A DNA stretch of 64,000 nucleotides from Pirellulales bacterium (GCA_963733035.1 CAVTBU010000005.1:2400001-2464000), one strand, 5' to 3'. Positions 9,356-19,527 are shown, counted from the first letter of the stretch. Notes: generated from the sequence alone by a model not told the origin. Translations and numbers: made by a program.

Positions 9356-10924
9356 TTGCAGGTCCCCATGATGCATTCCGCGTTAAGAACCGCTCTGTGC
9401 ACGCTGTTGTCGTGCTTGTTGATCGGGATGGCCAACGCCCCCCAGGCGAAGGGCGACGGCAACGTTGCGCCCGAGCAAGTTCGATCGGCGGTTGCAGAAT
9501 TAGAGAAGCTGATCGAGCAGACGCTCAAGAGCACCAGCGTGCCTGGCATCGCGGTGGCGGTGGTCCATCGCGACCAGGTGGTGTACAAGCGCGGCTTTGG
9601 TGTCCGCGAGGCGGGCAAGGCGGACCCCATCGACCCGGATACGGTGTTTCAGGTGGCCTCGATGTCCAAGCCGATCGCGTCGACCGTGTTGGCGGCGCTG
9701 GTGGGCGAGGGTCTGATCGGCTGGGATGATCGCGTGATCGATCACGACCCGGACTTCCGCATGTATCATCCGTTCGTCACGCGCGAGCTGCGGCTGCGGG
9801 ACTTGCTCTGCCATCGCAGCGGCCTGCCCGATCACTCCGGCGATCTGCTGGAAGACATCGGCTACGACGCACCGGAGATTCTGCGGCGGTTGCGATTTCA
9901 GCCGCCGGATAGTAGCTTTCGCACGCAGTTTGCCTACAACAACTTTGGCTATAGCGAGGCGGGCTACGCGGCGGCCAAGGCCATCGGCACGACGTGGAAT
10001 GAATTGGCGGCGAAGAAACTATTTGTGCCGCTGGGGATGACTTCGTCGAGCTATCGCTTTGCCGACTACGAGCAGGCGCAGAACCGGGCGATGCTTCATG
10101 TGCGCGTCGACGGAAAGTGGGCCGCGGCGAACATTCGCCAGCCCGATGCCCAGGCTCCGGCCGGCGGCGCCAGCTCGACGCTGAACGACTTGGTGCGCTG
10201 GATGCAACTGCAATTGAACGAAGGCAAGTGGAACGGCCAGCAACTTGTTGCGGCCGAGGCCTTGGCCGAAACGCATACGCCGCAGATCGTGACGAACTTT
10301 AGTGCCGAACAAGGGCGCGTCGGTTCCTATGGGCTGGGATGGAACGTGAGCGTGGAGCGCGGCGGCCGGGCGTTCTTCCGGCACTCAGGCGCCTTCTCGC
10401 TGGGCATGCGCACGGAGATTTCCATGCTGCCGTCGGAAGAGCTGGCCATCACGGTGCTGTCGAACGCCGCGCCCACCGGCGTGCCCGAAGGCCTGACCGA
10501 GAGCTTCTTCGACCTGGTGCTCGACGGCAAGCTCCAGCGCGACTGGGTGGAGTTCGCCAACCGCATGTTCGACGAAGAACTCAAACGCGAGCTGGGAAGC
10601 GAACGAGACTACAGCCACGCGCCCGCAAAGCCCACGCCGGCGCTCGCACTCTCGGCTTACACAGGCACGTATAAGAATGATTTCTTCGGCCCGATTGAGC
10701 TGGCCGAGCAGCAGGGAACGCTCGTGCTACGGATGGGACCCAGGCTGCGAGAGTTTCCGCTCCGGCACTGGGATCGCGACACGTTCATCTACCAACCCAC
10801 CGGCGAATCGGCCGGCGGCCCCAGCGGCGTCGTGTTCACCGTCGCCCCCGACGGCAAGGCCGACCGCATCCTCATCGAAAACCTGAACATCCACGGGCAG
10901 GGGGCGTTTTCGCGTGTGGAGTAG
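9356..10924 (+). CDS. Serine hydrolase (beta-lactamase class C/PBP fold) with a C-terminal DUF3471-like domain, secreted
   Basis: SxxK in FQVASMSKP, YNN (YxN) and HSG motifs, LLCHRSGL, signal peptide. The true start is probably ATG 9368/9371. Confidence 0.92.
   Translation: MQVPMMHSALRTALCTLLSCLLIGMANAPQAKGDGNVAPEQVRSAVAELEKLIEQTLKSTSVPGIAVAVVHRDQVVYKRGFGVREAGKADPIDPDTVFQVASMSKPIASTVLAALVGEGLIGWDDRVIDHDPDFRMYHPFVTRELRLRDLLCHRSGLPDHSGDLLEDIGYDAPEILRRLRFQPPDSSFRTQFAYNNFGYSEAGYAAAKAIGTTWNELAAKKLFVPLGMTSSSYRFADYEQAQNRAMLHVRVDGKWAAANIRQPDAQAPAGGASSTLNDLVRWMQLQLNEGKWNGQQLVAAEALAETHTPQIVTNFSAEQGRVGSYGLGWNVSVERGGRAFFRHSGAFSLGMRTEISMLPSEELAITVLSNAAPTGVPEGLTESFFDLVLDGKLQRDWVEFANRMFDEELKRELGSERDYSHAPAKPTPALALSAYTGTYKNDFFGPIELAEQQGTLVLRMGPRLREFPLRHWDRDTFIYQPTGESAGGPSGVVFTVAPDGKADRILIENLNIHGQGAFSRVE
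10820..10914 (+). repeat. Direct repeat copy 1 (95 bp; 3' end of the serine hydrolase gene)
   Basis: Identical by eye to 15674-15768 (CCCAGCGGCGTC...TTTTCGCG). Confidence 0.95.
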
Positions 10925-11049
10925 GTGGTGGGAATCGCAGTCGGCAAGTGGGTCGCTTCGACGCATGCGATTCGGCCTCGCAATGTCGCTGCGCGACCAG
11001 ACATTTGCGCCGAATGCATGCATCATTTCGTCGGATGAAGGTCCAGACC

Positions 11050-14000
11050 CTATCGAAGCTTGGCGCTAAGGAGCTGTTCAATCTCCTGCCACGCGTTCGC
11101 CGAACCGACTAGCTTGCCGTCAGGACCAATCAGATAGTACGCCGGAACCGAGCTGATCCCCAATTGATGCATCATGTCGGAGTCGTCACCGAGATAGTTC
11201 TGGGCCCAATTCCAGCCGCCGTCTCGCGCGAGCGACTTGGCCGCGGCAGGGTCTTTATCGACGTTTAAGCCGACGACCGTCAGTGGGCTATTGGAACGTT
11301 GTAGCACGGTCGACATCACTTGGGGCATGGCTGCCAGGCACGGTTTACACCAGCTGGCCCACACGTGAAAGAGTACATAGCGGTCCGTCATTTCGTTGAC
11401 TAACCGCACGCGCCCCTCGGAATCGGTAAATTTGTATGCGCGCATATCGGAGCCGACTCGTGGACCGCGCCGGCAGGGGACATCGATTTCGCCGAGCGAC
11501 ACTTCGCCTGACTGCTGATTTTCCGCGATTGTGATTGGAATGACCTTCGCACCAATGCTCTCGACAAGACAGCCGGCGGGTTGTTCGTAGAGCTGAATGA
11601 CCAGATCATATGAGCCTGGACGAACTCCCTGGATCCGCATGCGACCATCCTCAGTAAGCTTCACGAAGTGGTTCTCCCGCGTCGCCACCCAGGCCGAAAA
11701 ACCAGGCTCCCGCAGCCAGGCTGTATCCAAGGGGCCATTGGGATCAAAACTCAAGGGTTCCGCGTCGCGTGGATACGCAACTCCGGGGCTACGGCTGACC
11801 AGATAGTTGAGCGACCAGCGCTTACTGAGCGAGTCGTTGTCGCCGCCGGTCGCCACGACGCGGCCGGTCACCGTCGCCCCGTCGCCGCCGAGCAATAGCT
11901 CAACCTGGTCCCCCGCCTTCAAATCAAGCGGCACCGACTCGCCCGAGGTCAGCACCGAGTCCTCCCAGGGGCCCAGCGCGGGTCGCACCGATGCGCGCAT
12001 CGGCGGCAGCCGTTCGAACCGAAAGTTGCCGTCGAGATCGGTCTTGGTCGAGAATCCATCCTGAAACCGCGCTTCCGTCAGCGCGCGTTGGGCCAGCGGC
12101 AAAAGGTAAATCCCCGTGTTGGCAACCGGCTTGTCGTCTTGCACAAGGCGTCCAGATACGGAAGCCCACGGCCGAAGCGTAATGGTTTCAATCGGTTCAT
12201 CCCGTTCGCGATACACTTCGGCAAACCCCGTCTTGTTGAACGCCCGAATCCGCTGCGGCTCGAACGTCGCCGGCAGGTCAAAGGTGTTCTTGCCGACGAC
12301 CGGGAAGGTGATTCCAAATTCCGCCTCATGCCGATCGACGCTAAAGTGCGGCGAGGTGGTCGGCGTTCCGACCGCAACGGTGAACTTGTTGACCGGCGCA
12401 CCGCTGACGTCGACAACCGTGCTCCGCAGCGCGGGCACCTTTTCGAGCGCGAAGTTCTCCTCGAGCGGCGGATCCCCGTCCCCAAGCGACTTCTCGCCGA
12501 GCGCCGTGCGATATCCGTCGGCTTCAATCCGCACACGATACCGATTGCCCGTCGGTCCATAGGTATCGAATTCGATCTTGTAGTCGCCGTCTTTTCCCTC
12601 GGCCACACTCCCGTCTTGAAAATCGGTCGAGTAAAAGTCGGGGCGGAACGCTTTGACCGGAATCACGCGAAACTGCTCAATCAGCTTGCCACTCTCGGCA
12701 TCGGTGACGCGTCCAAAGATCGTGACCGGCGATGATAGCACTACGGTGTGCGGCTCGGCTTTGGCGACGAGCGTCAACTCTTTCATCGCATACCCAACCG
12801 CGCCGATGCGGTAGCCCACCCCGTCCGTGGGAGCCCAGGCCCAGCGATAAATCCCGTCCTTGTCTGCCTTGCGCGGGATTCTGGAATCCGGAACGTTCGG
12901 ATGGTCCTGGTTGAAGATCGCTTCGGTTCCTCGCCACTCGCCAATCTGCACACTGGCTTCCGGAATCGGCTGGCCCTGCTGGTTGACAATCTTGATTGTG
13001 ATCGAATGGCCCGGCTGGAGCTTGAAATCCACCGCCTTGAGCGCCGCGTTCACCCGAATCTTTCGCTGCTCCGGCGCGAAACCAGGCGCCAGCACCGTGA
13101 TCGGATACTCGCCCGGCGCGAGCCGCAAGGTCTCGTATTTGCCCGAGGCGTCGATCTGAGTTTCATTCACTGCTTGTCCCCAGTACGGTCGATCGTTCCA
13201 GACAACGAGCCCTTCGGTCACCGGATGACCGTCCGGCCCGGTGATCGATCCGGTTACCGCGACTCCGCGATCCAGCGTCAACCGGGCCGTACCCGCCCGT
13301 AGCTCTTCGGTCGTGATCCCCTGCTGCGTCTGCAACTCGCCGTACTTCGTGTCGCCCGCAAAGTCTCGATGCGTAACCATCAACTGGAAACGGTAGTCGG
13401 ACTTTTCGCGCGGCGCCGGCGCGTTAACGATCTCCCATCGGCCGTCCTTGTCGGTAACCGCTGCCCCCTCATCTTCGGCAAGCCAGGTGCTCACGATCGG
13501 CTGGGGATTCGCACCCCAGTATTCGTAGTCGGATACTACCTTCACTTGAACCCGAGCGTCGGACACCGGCGTCCCCTCCTCATCTACAATCACCCCGCTC
13601 AGACGCGTGCCCGGTTGCAGCCGAAACTCATACGTCTCGGGCAGCAAGCGGCCATCCTCGTGCGTTCCCTCGGCAAAATTCACAAACTGCGGCACATAGC
13701 CGGCCTTCGAAGGCCACAGTCGAAGGATCCGCAGCCGCTGTGAAATCTCGACCTGCACCTCCCCCCGCTCGTTTGCCGTGTAGTTGCGGTTCGGCGGTCG
13801 CTTCGACCCCGGATCAACCGCCCAGATGCTCGCATAGACGTTCGCCTCGGGTATTGGCTTTCCCGCCTCGTCGAGCACGCGGATCACCATCGTCCGCGAC
13901 GCGCTGGGATCTTCCGCCCCGGGCGTTTCTTCTGTATGCGGTTTCTCTGTTTGCGTCTTTTCTGCGTTCGACTTCGCCGTGGCCGGCTGCTTTACCGCGG

Positions 14001-15174
14001 CACTTTCCTGCTCCTCCGCACGCGAGGTCAATTGCAACGAACCAACGACGATCGAGATCGCAATCGCCGCAATTCCAACCACGCGGGCCACGGGCTTCGA
14101 CATCGATGCCCGGCGTCGCGTCGCGTCCAGGATCGCGCGGATCCGGCTTTCGACCTGCGCCGTGCGCGCCATCGCCACCGTGCCAACCCGCTGCCGACAG
14201 CGATACTCCTTCGCCACGTTCAACAGCGTCTCCGCATAACTACTGGGCCGGCTCGTGTGCGCGACCACCACGTCGTCGCAGGCAATCTCTCGCAACCGTT
14301 TCATCTCGGCCGCGCCCCACCAGGCCAGCGGATTGAACCAGTACACCGCACAGCACAGCCCCGCGATCGATTGCGTCAGCACGTCGCGGCGCTGCACGTG
14401 GGCCAGTTCATGTAGCAAGACCTGCCGCCGGCGGTCGATCGTCCATTTGTCGGCATCGCTCGGCAAAAGCACCACTGGGCGCCAGCAGCCAACTACCATC
14501 GGCGAAACGGCTCCGGAATGCGACCGCAGCGGAACAACCCGCCGCACGCCCAGTTGCCGTGCAACCGTGTCTCGCGATTGGCACCAGCTTTCGCTTTCGA
14601 CCTTCGCACAGTGGCGCACAGCGCGCGCCACGGCAACACCTTGCTGAAGGAATCTCGCAACCCCAATGGCCATTCCGGCGCACCATGCGACCAGCAACCA
14701 TGTCGCCGGCGAGGGCCATTCGATCGCCCTGCGGGCAGCCGTGGACAGTGCTTGAGCTCGCCGTTCCCGATTCTTCCGCGCCAACTCGATCGCAGGCGGA
14801 ATCTCCGCGAATGCAGGGGTTTGCGGCATGCGGCCCGCCTGAGAGGCGAAAGCGTCCGCGCGAGCAGTCTCTCGAATCGGAACGCTGGCAGTGGCCGTGG
14901 CTGCCGGTTGCGAATCCTGAGACGGCAGCAACGGCAACGCCACGTTGGGCAGCAGCAGCGTCACCATTGGGATCAGGAGACAACTGGCGAAACCAAGCGC
15001 CCAAATGTGGTGATTCACGGCGGCCGAGCGCCGTCGGCAGGCGCTCGCAACGCCGAGCGTAATGGCCAGCAGCAGAAACGAACGGACCGCGATATTCACC
15101 AGCGGAAGATGCTCGAAGAGTTGCGTGGCCATTTCGTCATTCCTTCGTGCGTGCGCGTCGGATTGCTCGTTCAA
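11050..15174 (-). CDS. BlaR1/MecR1-type M56 metallopeptidase fused to carboxypeptidase-regulatory-like (Ig/transthyretin) repeats and a C-terminal TlpA/thioredoxin domain
   Basis: HELAHVQRRD, YWFNPLAW and REIACDD (M56); repeated GxVxDxxGxPVxxA beta domains; C-terminal WASWCKPC. The start may be ATG 15132. Confidence 0.9.
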   Translation of the reverse strand: MNEQSDAHARRNDEMATQLFEHLPLVNIAVRSFLLLAITLGVASACRRRSAAVNHHIWALGFASCLLIPMVTLLLPNVALPLLPSQDSQPAATATASVPIRETARADAFASQAGRMPQTPAFAEIPPAIELARKNRERRAQALSTAARRAIEWPSPATWLLVAWCAGMAIGVARFLQQGVAVARAVRHCAKVESESWCQSRDTVARQLGVRRVVPLRSHSGAVSPMVVGCWRPVVLLPSDADKWTIDRRRQVLLHELAHVQRRDVLTQSIAGLCCAVYWFNPLAWWGAAEMKRLREIACDDVVVAHTSRPSSYAETLLNVAKEYRCRQRVGTVAMARTAQVESRIRAILDATRRRASMSKPVARVVGIAAIAISIVVGSLQLTSRAEEQESAAVKQPATAKSNAEKTQTEKPHTEETPGAEDPSASRTMVIRVLDEAGKPIPEANVYASIWAVDPGSKRPPNRNYTANERGEVQVEISQRLRILRLWPSKAGYVPQFVNFAEGTHEDGRLLPETYEFRLQPGTRLSGVIVDEEGTPVSDARVQVKVVSDYEYWGANPQPIVSTWLAEDEGAAVTDKDGRWEIVNAPAPREKSDYRFQLMVTHRDFAGDTKYGELQTQQGITTEELRAGTARLTLDRGVAVTGSITGPDGHPVTEGLVVWNDRPYWGQAVNETQIDASGKYETLRLAPGEYPITVLAPGFAPEQRKIRVNAALKAVDFKLQPGHSITIKIVNQQGQPIPEASVQIGEWRGTEAIFNQDHPNVPDSRIPRKADKDGIYRWAWAPTDGVGYRIGAVGYAMKELTLVAKAEPHTVVLSSPVTIFGRVTDAESGKLIEQFRVIPVKAFRPDFYSTDFQDGSVAEGKDGDYKIEFDTYGPTGNRYRVRIEADGYRTALGEKSLGDGDPPLEENFALEKVPALRSTVVDVSGAPVNKFTVAVGTPTTSPHFSVDRHEAEFGITFPVVGKNTFDLPATFEPQRIRAFNKTGFAEVYRERDEPIETITLRPWASVSGRLVQDDKPVANTGIYLLPLAQRALTEARFQDGFSTKTDLDGNFRFERLPPMRASVRPALGPWEDSVLTSGESVPLDLKAGDQVELLLGGDGATVTGRVVATGGDNDSLSKRWSLNYLVSRSPGVAYPRDAEPLSFDPNGPLDTAWLREPGFSAWVATRENHFVKLTEDGRMRIQGVRPGSYDLVIQLYEQPAGCLVESIGAKVIPITIAENQQSGEVSLGEIDVPCRRGPRVGSDMRAYKFTDSEGRVRLVNEMTDRYVLFHVWASWCKPCLAAMPQVMSTVLQRSNSPLTVVGLNVDKDPAAAKSLARDGGWNWAQNYLGDDSDMMHQLGISSVPAYYLIGPDGKLVGSANAWQEIEQLLSAKLR

Positions 15175-15529
15175 GCCGCTCGATATCGTCGTCGGAAAGC
15201 TTCTTGGCAGAGTCGTCGATCAACGCTGCCAAAGCATCGCCCGGTGAATTGGGAAAGAACGTCTCAATCAGCCGATGAAAGGCGGACAGGCCGGCAACCT
15301 TCTGCGGCTTCACCGCTTGATAGAAATGCGTCACGTCAGTACGGTCACGTCGCAGATAGCCCTTCCGCTCAAGCTGTCCCAGCATGGTGCGGACCGCGGA
15401 ATAGCTAGGCGCGTCGGCGAGATGATCGCGGACCTCGGCCACCGAGGCTTTGCCCAGGCGATAAACAACACTCATGATCTGCTCCTCGCGAGGAGCTAGC
15501 TTCCGCGAAATCTTCTTTTTGGGAACCAT
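15137..15529 (-). CDS. BlaI/MecI/CopY family repressor
   Basis: LAPREEQIMSVVY...SYSAVRTMLGQLERKGYL; overlaps the M56 gene. Start taken at ATG 15529 (the track gives 15565). Confidence 0.93.
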   Translation of the reverse strand: MVPKKKISRKLAPREEQIMSVVYRLGKASVAEVRDHLADAPSYSAVRTMLGQLERKGYLRRDRTDVTHFYQAVKPQKVAGLSAFHRLIETFFPNSPGDALAALIDDSAKKLSDDDIERLERAIRRARTKE

Positions 15530-15561
15530 TCGAACGACTTCCACAAATCTGAGTCGCTGAT

Positions 15562-15617
15562 ACATGTCAATTTATTAGCACATGTCATTGTATTGACACA
15601 TAACGTGGTGTCAATAC
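15562..15617 (-). promoter_or_regulatory. Promoter/operator of the first BlaI-BlaR1 module
   Basis: Minus-strand TTGACA(15614-15609)-N16-TACAAT(15592-15587), overlapped by a perfect 10-bp inverted repeat GTATTGACAC(15590-15599) / GTGTCAATAC(15608-15617). ACATGTCA occurs twice (15562 and 15580). Confidence 0.7.
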
Positions 15618-15673
15618 GGAGTCGACAGACTTGGAAAAACCAAGAACGCCTGGATTGCGCAGTAGACGATTTG

Positions 15674-15778
15674 CCCAGCGGCGTCGTGTTCACCGTCGCC
15701 CCCGACGGCAAGGCCGACCGCATCCTCATCGAAAACCTGAACATCCACGGGCAGGGGGCGTTTTCGCGGATCCGGTAG
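15674..15778 (+). repeat. Direct repeat copy 2: orphan 3' fragment of the serine hydrolase gene, including its stop codon
   Basis: 95 bp identical to 10820-10914, then reads R-I-R-stop instead of R-V-E-stop, with TAG at the equivalent position. Confidence 0.93.
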
Positions 15779-15845
15779 GGCAGTGACCGGATGAAGTTCC
15801 TGGACAAATCGCGACGAGCGCAAGGCAAACCGATTCGCGGTGCAT

Positions 15846-17408
15846 TCATTCATGCCGCAAGGCAGCAACAGGGTCGATTTGCGCTGCGCGCCTGGCCGGA
15901 TAAACGGCGGCCAGCGTCGTAACCACGATGGCAAACGCGAGCACGGCAGTCACGAGCCACACCGGAAACACGAACAGCGAATCTTCAAGCTCGTAGGGAT
16001 ATTTTCCGGCGACCATTCCGCGGATCCAGGCCTCGCCAGGATAAGATGCTCCCCAAGCGGCAATGAGTCCCAGAGTTCCCCCAACCAGGCCGATCAGCGC
16101 GCCTTCGATCAAGAACACGCAGATAAGTTGCCCCGGAGCGGCACCGACGGCCTTCATAATGCCGATTTCCCTGGTTCGTTCCAACACACCCATCAGCATA
16201 GTGTTGGCGATTCCCAGGGCCGACACCAGCAGGGCCACGGCCGCGACGCAAGTCATGCCGCCGAAGATCAGCAGGTACGTCAACCGCTGGCGATCGATCT
16301 CGTCCAAAGGCGCGAATACAGATAGCCCCGTTTCCTTGATGCGGTCGTAAACGGCGCGCGTGTGCTCCTCATCATCGACGATCACGATCACCTGACCGAT
16401 ATCCCATTTCTCTGGTCCGAATGCATCGTCGGCCAAATTCATCGCCGTTTCGTACGGGACGATGCAATCGTTCCTGACCGCCAAGGGCTCCCACAGCCCA
16501 CGTTGGTCGTCGTCGGTCGGCATCCGCACCACGCCGACGATGGGCAATTCCGCCGCGTAAACAAATGGGGGTGCGGCCTCCTGACTGATTGCTTTGTTCA
16601 GGAGCTCGATCTCCGCCGCAGTCAAATCGAGCTGGTCGAGCACGCCGGGAAGATTCTTCGTCACCTTGTCCAGCGCCGTTTGTTCCGCGCGCGTCGCGAA
16701 ACTGTCGTCGGATTTGACCAGGTGCACGACCAACCCTGGATGGGGCGCTTGGATGCGAAACTCGATTCGAAGATACCGCCCCACGGCCCGGGCCACGTCG
16801 TCGTCGTCCGCAATGCCGAGTTGATACAACAGAAACTCGCTCACTACGACCGCCGATTCGTCCGCGGCATGGAACATTCGGCCGGCGACCAATCGCCGCG
16901 TGCAGGCCTCGTCGTCGGGGCGAGCCGTAGCGAGACCGGTCCGCTCGTCTCTACCGTCGAGGATCGCTTGACCGCCGAGTTGAAGCAGCGGCACCGCCAC
17001 GGCCACGTGAGCGAATGCCTGCAGCTCGGCCAAACGGCTTCGAGTGAGCGGCTCGACCGTATTCTGATAATTGTATCGCCGCTCGTGTTCTGCGAGGGCT
17101 TGTCGAATGCGCTGCCGTTTGGCCTCGCTCATGTCGCCCGACACAGGCATGCTGTTGACTTTCGACTCGGCCGGCCGCCACTCTGGCGAAACGACGATCG
17201 TTCGCAGCATGTCGCTACGGCGTGAGATGGCGTCAATCGTGTCCTGCACTCCCTGGCCAATCGACAAGCTGGCAGCCAGCACGAAGCTGCCGAATACGAC
17301 TCCGAGCGTAGTCAGCAACGTTCGCGACTTCTGCTGCCATAAGGCAATCAAAGGCAACGAGAGCTGGTCGCCGAGGCGGATGGACTGCCGTGGGGTCGTT
17401 GCGTTCAT
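15846..17408 (-). CDS. ABC transporter permease, MacB/FtsX type
   Basis: RTLLTTLGVVFG and GIANTMLMGVLERTREIGIMKAVGA motifs, ending in IDPVAALRHE. ATG 17408 overlaps the ATPase stop (ATGA). Confidence 0.93.
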   Translation of the reverse strand: MNATTPRQSIRLGDQLSLPLIALWQQKSRTLLTTLGVVFGSFVLAASLSIGQGVQDTIDAISRRSDMLRTIVVSPEWRPAESKVNSMPVSGDMSEAKRQRIRQALAEHERRYNYQNTVEPLTRSRLAELQAFAHVAVAVPLLQLGGQAILDGRDERTGLATARPDDEACTRRLVAGRMFHAADESAVVVSEFLLYQLGIADDDDVARAVGRYLRIEFRIQAPHPGLVVHLVKSDDSFATRAEQTALDKVTKNLPGVLDQLDLTAAEIELLNKAISQEAAPPFVYAAELPIVGVVRMPTDDDQRGLWEPLAVRNDCIVPYETAMNLADDAFGPEKWDIGQVIVIVDDEEHTRAVYDRIKETGLSVFAPLDEIDRQRLTYLLIFGGMTCVAAVALLVSALGIANTMLMGVLERTREIGIMKAVGAAPGQLICVFLIEGALIGLVGGTLGLIAAWGASYPGEAWIRGMVAGKYPYELEDSLFVFPVWLVTAVLAFAIVVTTLAAVYPARRAAQIDPVAALRHE

Positions 17409-18169
17409 GCGTTCAATCGCCCGTCTTGAATCTGCAAAATGCGATCCGTGCATTGGCCGGCCAGCTCCGCGTCATGCGTAATCAGAATCAACGTGGCGTC
17501 GCGACGGCGGACATATTCGAGCACTAACCCGATCACATCAGCGGCCGTCTGACTATCGAGATTTCCCGTGGGTTCGTCGGCCAACACCACGGTTGGCCGA
17601 TTGACCAGGGCCCTGGCGATCGCTACTCGCTGACACTCGCCGCCGCTCAATTGCGAGGGGAGATGCCGCATCCGATCGGCAAGCCCGACAGCCGCCAACG
17701 ATTCGCCCGCGATCGCGCGCCGCTCAGCGGGTGGCAGGCCTGCGAAGATCATCGGCAGCTCGACATTCTCCAGCGCGGTGCGTGATGGAATGAGATTGAA
17801 CGATTGAAAGATCATGCCGACGCTGGAAGTGCGAAAGCGGGCCATCTCGCGGGCAGTCAGGCGACCGAGATCGTGGCCTGCCACCTCCAATTGCCCCGAA
17901 GTCGGATGATCGAGCCCGCCGAGCAGGTTCAACAGCGTCGATTTTCCAGAACCGGACTTACCCAGAATCGCCACCCGCTGGCCGCACTCCAGCGTTAGCG
18001 AAACTCCGCGCAACGCATGCACCGGCGCGTCGTCCGCGCCATAGACCTTCGTCACCTTGACCGCGCGAACTGCCGGAATGTCAGCTGACAACGCGGGCGA
18101 TACAGTAATCGAATGCACGGGCTCTATTCCGGAAAGTGAGACTGACCTGTCGCCGCGCACAGAGGCCAA
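17405..18169 (-). CDS. ABC transporter ATP-binding protein, LolD/MacB type
   Basis: GKSGSGKST, LSGGECQRVAIARAL and LADEPTGNLD motifs. The start is uncertain and probably lies downstream. Confidence 0.94.
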   Translation of the reverse strand: MASVRGDRSVSLSGIEPVHSITVSPALSADIPAVRAVKVTKVYGADDAPVHALRGVSLTLECGQRVAILGKSGSGKSTLLNLLGGLDHPTSGQLEVAGHDLGRLTAREMARFRTSSVGMIFQSFNLIPSRTALENVELPMIFAGLPPAERRAIAGESLAAVGLADRMRHLPSQLSGGECQRVAIARALVNRPTVVLADEPTGNLDSQTAADVIGLVLEYVRRRDATLILITHDAELAGQCTDRILQIQDGRLNA

Positions 18170-18219
18170 CTATCAATCTACCAGCCGCGTCGCGCGGCCG
18201 AAAGATAAATCGGTGTTGG

Positions 18220-19401
18220 TCAGAAACCCTGAACCAATTGCACGATCGTTTCATGGCCACGCGCGACGGCAATTTCCAGGGGCGTCTTTCCGTCGCCATC
18301 GCGGACATCTGGATTTGCACCATTCTCTAACAACAGTCGCACCACCTGCGAATGGCCACCGCGCCCCGCCTCGTGAAGCGGGCTGGTGTGACTGTCGACG
18401 GCGTTGGCCAGCTGCGGATCGTCGGCGAGCAGCCGCCGCACGATGAAGTCAAAACCCCAGCTCGCGGCAACGGCAACACCAAACGCTCGCGGCGTGCAAT
18501 GCAGCGTTGCATCGCGCGCCGTGGGATCGGCGCCGGCCTCGAGCAGTTGTCCGATCACCTCTCGCGAGCCGCCGAAATACGCCCAGTGCAACGCGGTGGC
18601 TCCCAGGTACGACCTGAATGACAAGTCCGGCTGCTTTTCGAGCAGATAGCGCACCACTTGAGCGTGGCCGTTGCGGCAGGCCATCGAGAGCGCGTCGGCC
18701 ACCTGCTCCCCCGCGGTCGCCGGTGGAGACGGGAGCCGCGATCCGTCGGCTGCAAATCGGCTGCTGCCGCTGCGCGATTCGCGAATCAACCTGCCTGCCG
18801 AATCGAAGCAAGCGTCCACTTCCTCAAGTGCGCCGAGTCCCGCGGCGCAAAACAAATCGGGCTCGGCTCCGAGCTTGACCAGCGCGCAGGCGCAATCCAG
18901 CGCGCTACAGGTGACCGCCCACGAGAGGGCCGTATGACTTGACTGTCCGAACCTGGCTTCGACGTCGGCTCCATAGGCGACGAGCACCGCGGCAATGTTC
19001 TCGTCGTTGTATCGGGCCGCCAAATGCAGCGGCGTTTGGCCATCCGCCGCCCGCGCAACTGCGAGCGCGGGTCTCTGTGCCACGAGGTTCGCGACCGTCT
19101 GCGCCTGGCCGGCGGCGATCGCAACGAGCAAGGCCGCGAAATCAGGATCGTCAGGAGCGACGACCTCGCCAGCGGCCCGGCTGCGCACGTCGAGCGGTAC
19201 CAGCGCGTCGAGTTTTTCGCGCTGTTTGTCGACGTGTACTTTGAGTTTCTGCCAGCTGGGAAACCCGAACTCGCGTGCTACCGCCAATTGCGCAGCGCTG
19301 AGACGTGCGGTGGGACGTTCGATTCGCAGCTCGTCGAGTCGCTGTTTGCAGAGCTTCTTGAGCCACTCGAGACTGACGCGTAGCGGAAGCGGGCGAGGCA
19401 T
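18220..19401 (-). CDS. Ankyrin-repeat protein with an N-terminal helical 'LEWLKK...AQLAVAREFGFPSW' domain
   Basis: Several G-x-T-P/A-L-H repeats. ATG 19401 is preceded by an AAGAAGG RBS. Confidence 0.88.
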   Translation of the reverse strand: MPRPLPLRVSLEWLKKLCKQRLDELRIERPTARLSAAQLAVAREFGFPSWQKLKVHVDKQREKLDALVPLDVRSRAAGEVVAPDDPDFAALLVAIAAGQAQTVANLVAQRPALAVARAADGQTPLHLAARYNDENIAAVLVAYGADVEARFGQSSHTALSWAVTCSALDCACALVKLGAEPDLFCAAGLGALEEVDACFDSAGRLIRESRSGSSRFAADGSRLPSPPATAGEQVADALSMACRNGHAQVVRYLLEKQPDLSFRSYLGATALHWAYFGGSREVIGQLLEAGADPTARDATLHCTPRAFGVAVAASWGFDFIVRRLLADDPQLANAVDSHTSPLHEAGRGGHSQVVRLLLENGANPDVRDGDGKTPLEIAVARGHETIVQLVQGF

Positions 19402-19404
19402 CAA

Positions 19405-19527
19405 TACACCTTCTTTCAACAGGCCCGGCGTCCGCATCTCACGGGCAGAAAGAAGGTCATCAAAACAGGAGACGTTGACGAGTGGGTTCAACCCTCCACG
19501 CGGACCGTCGGCCGCCCGTCACGGCCA
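19405..19527 (-). promoter_or_regulatory. Candidate structured 5' leader RNA (predicted pseudoknot) of the ankyrin gene
   Basis: Four complementary segment pairs were identified by eye (see findings). A TTGCTC-N17-TAGATT promoter-like element lies at 19562-19534. Confidence 0.45.

Noticed and set aside
10820..15778. Reading the 95-bp repeat as a DGR template/variable repeat pair
   Set aside because: The copies are identical, with no adenine-specific mismatches, and there is no reverse transcriptase in the window.
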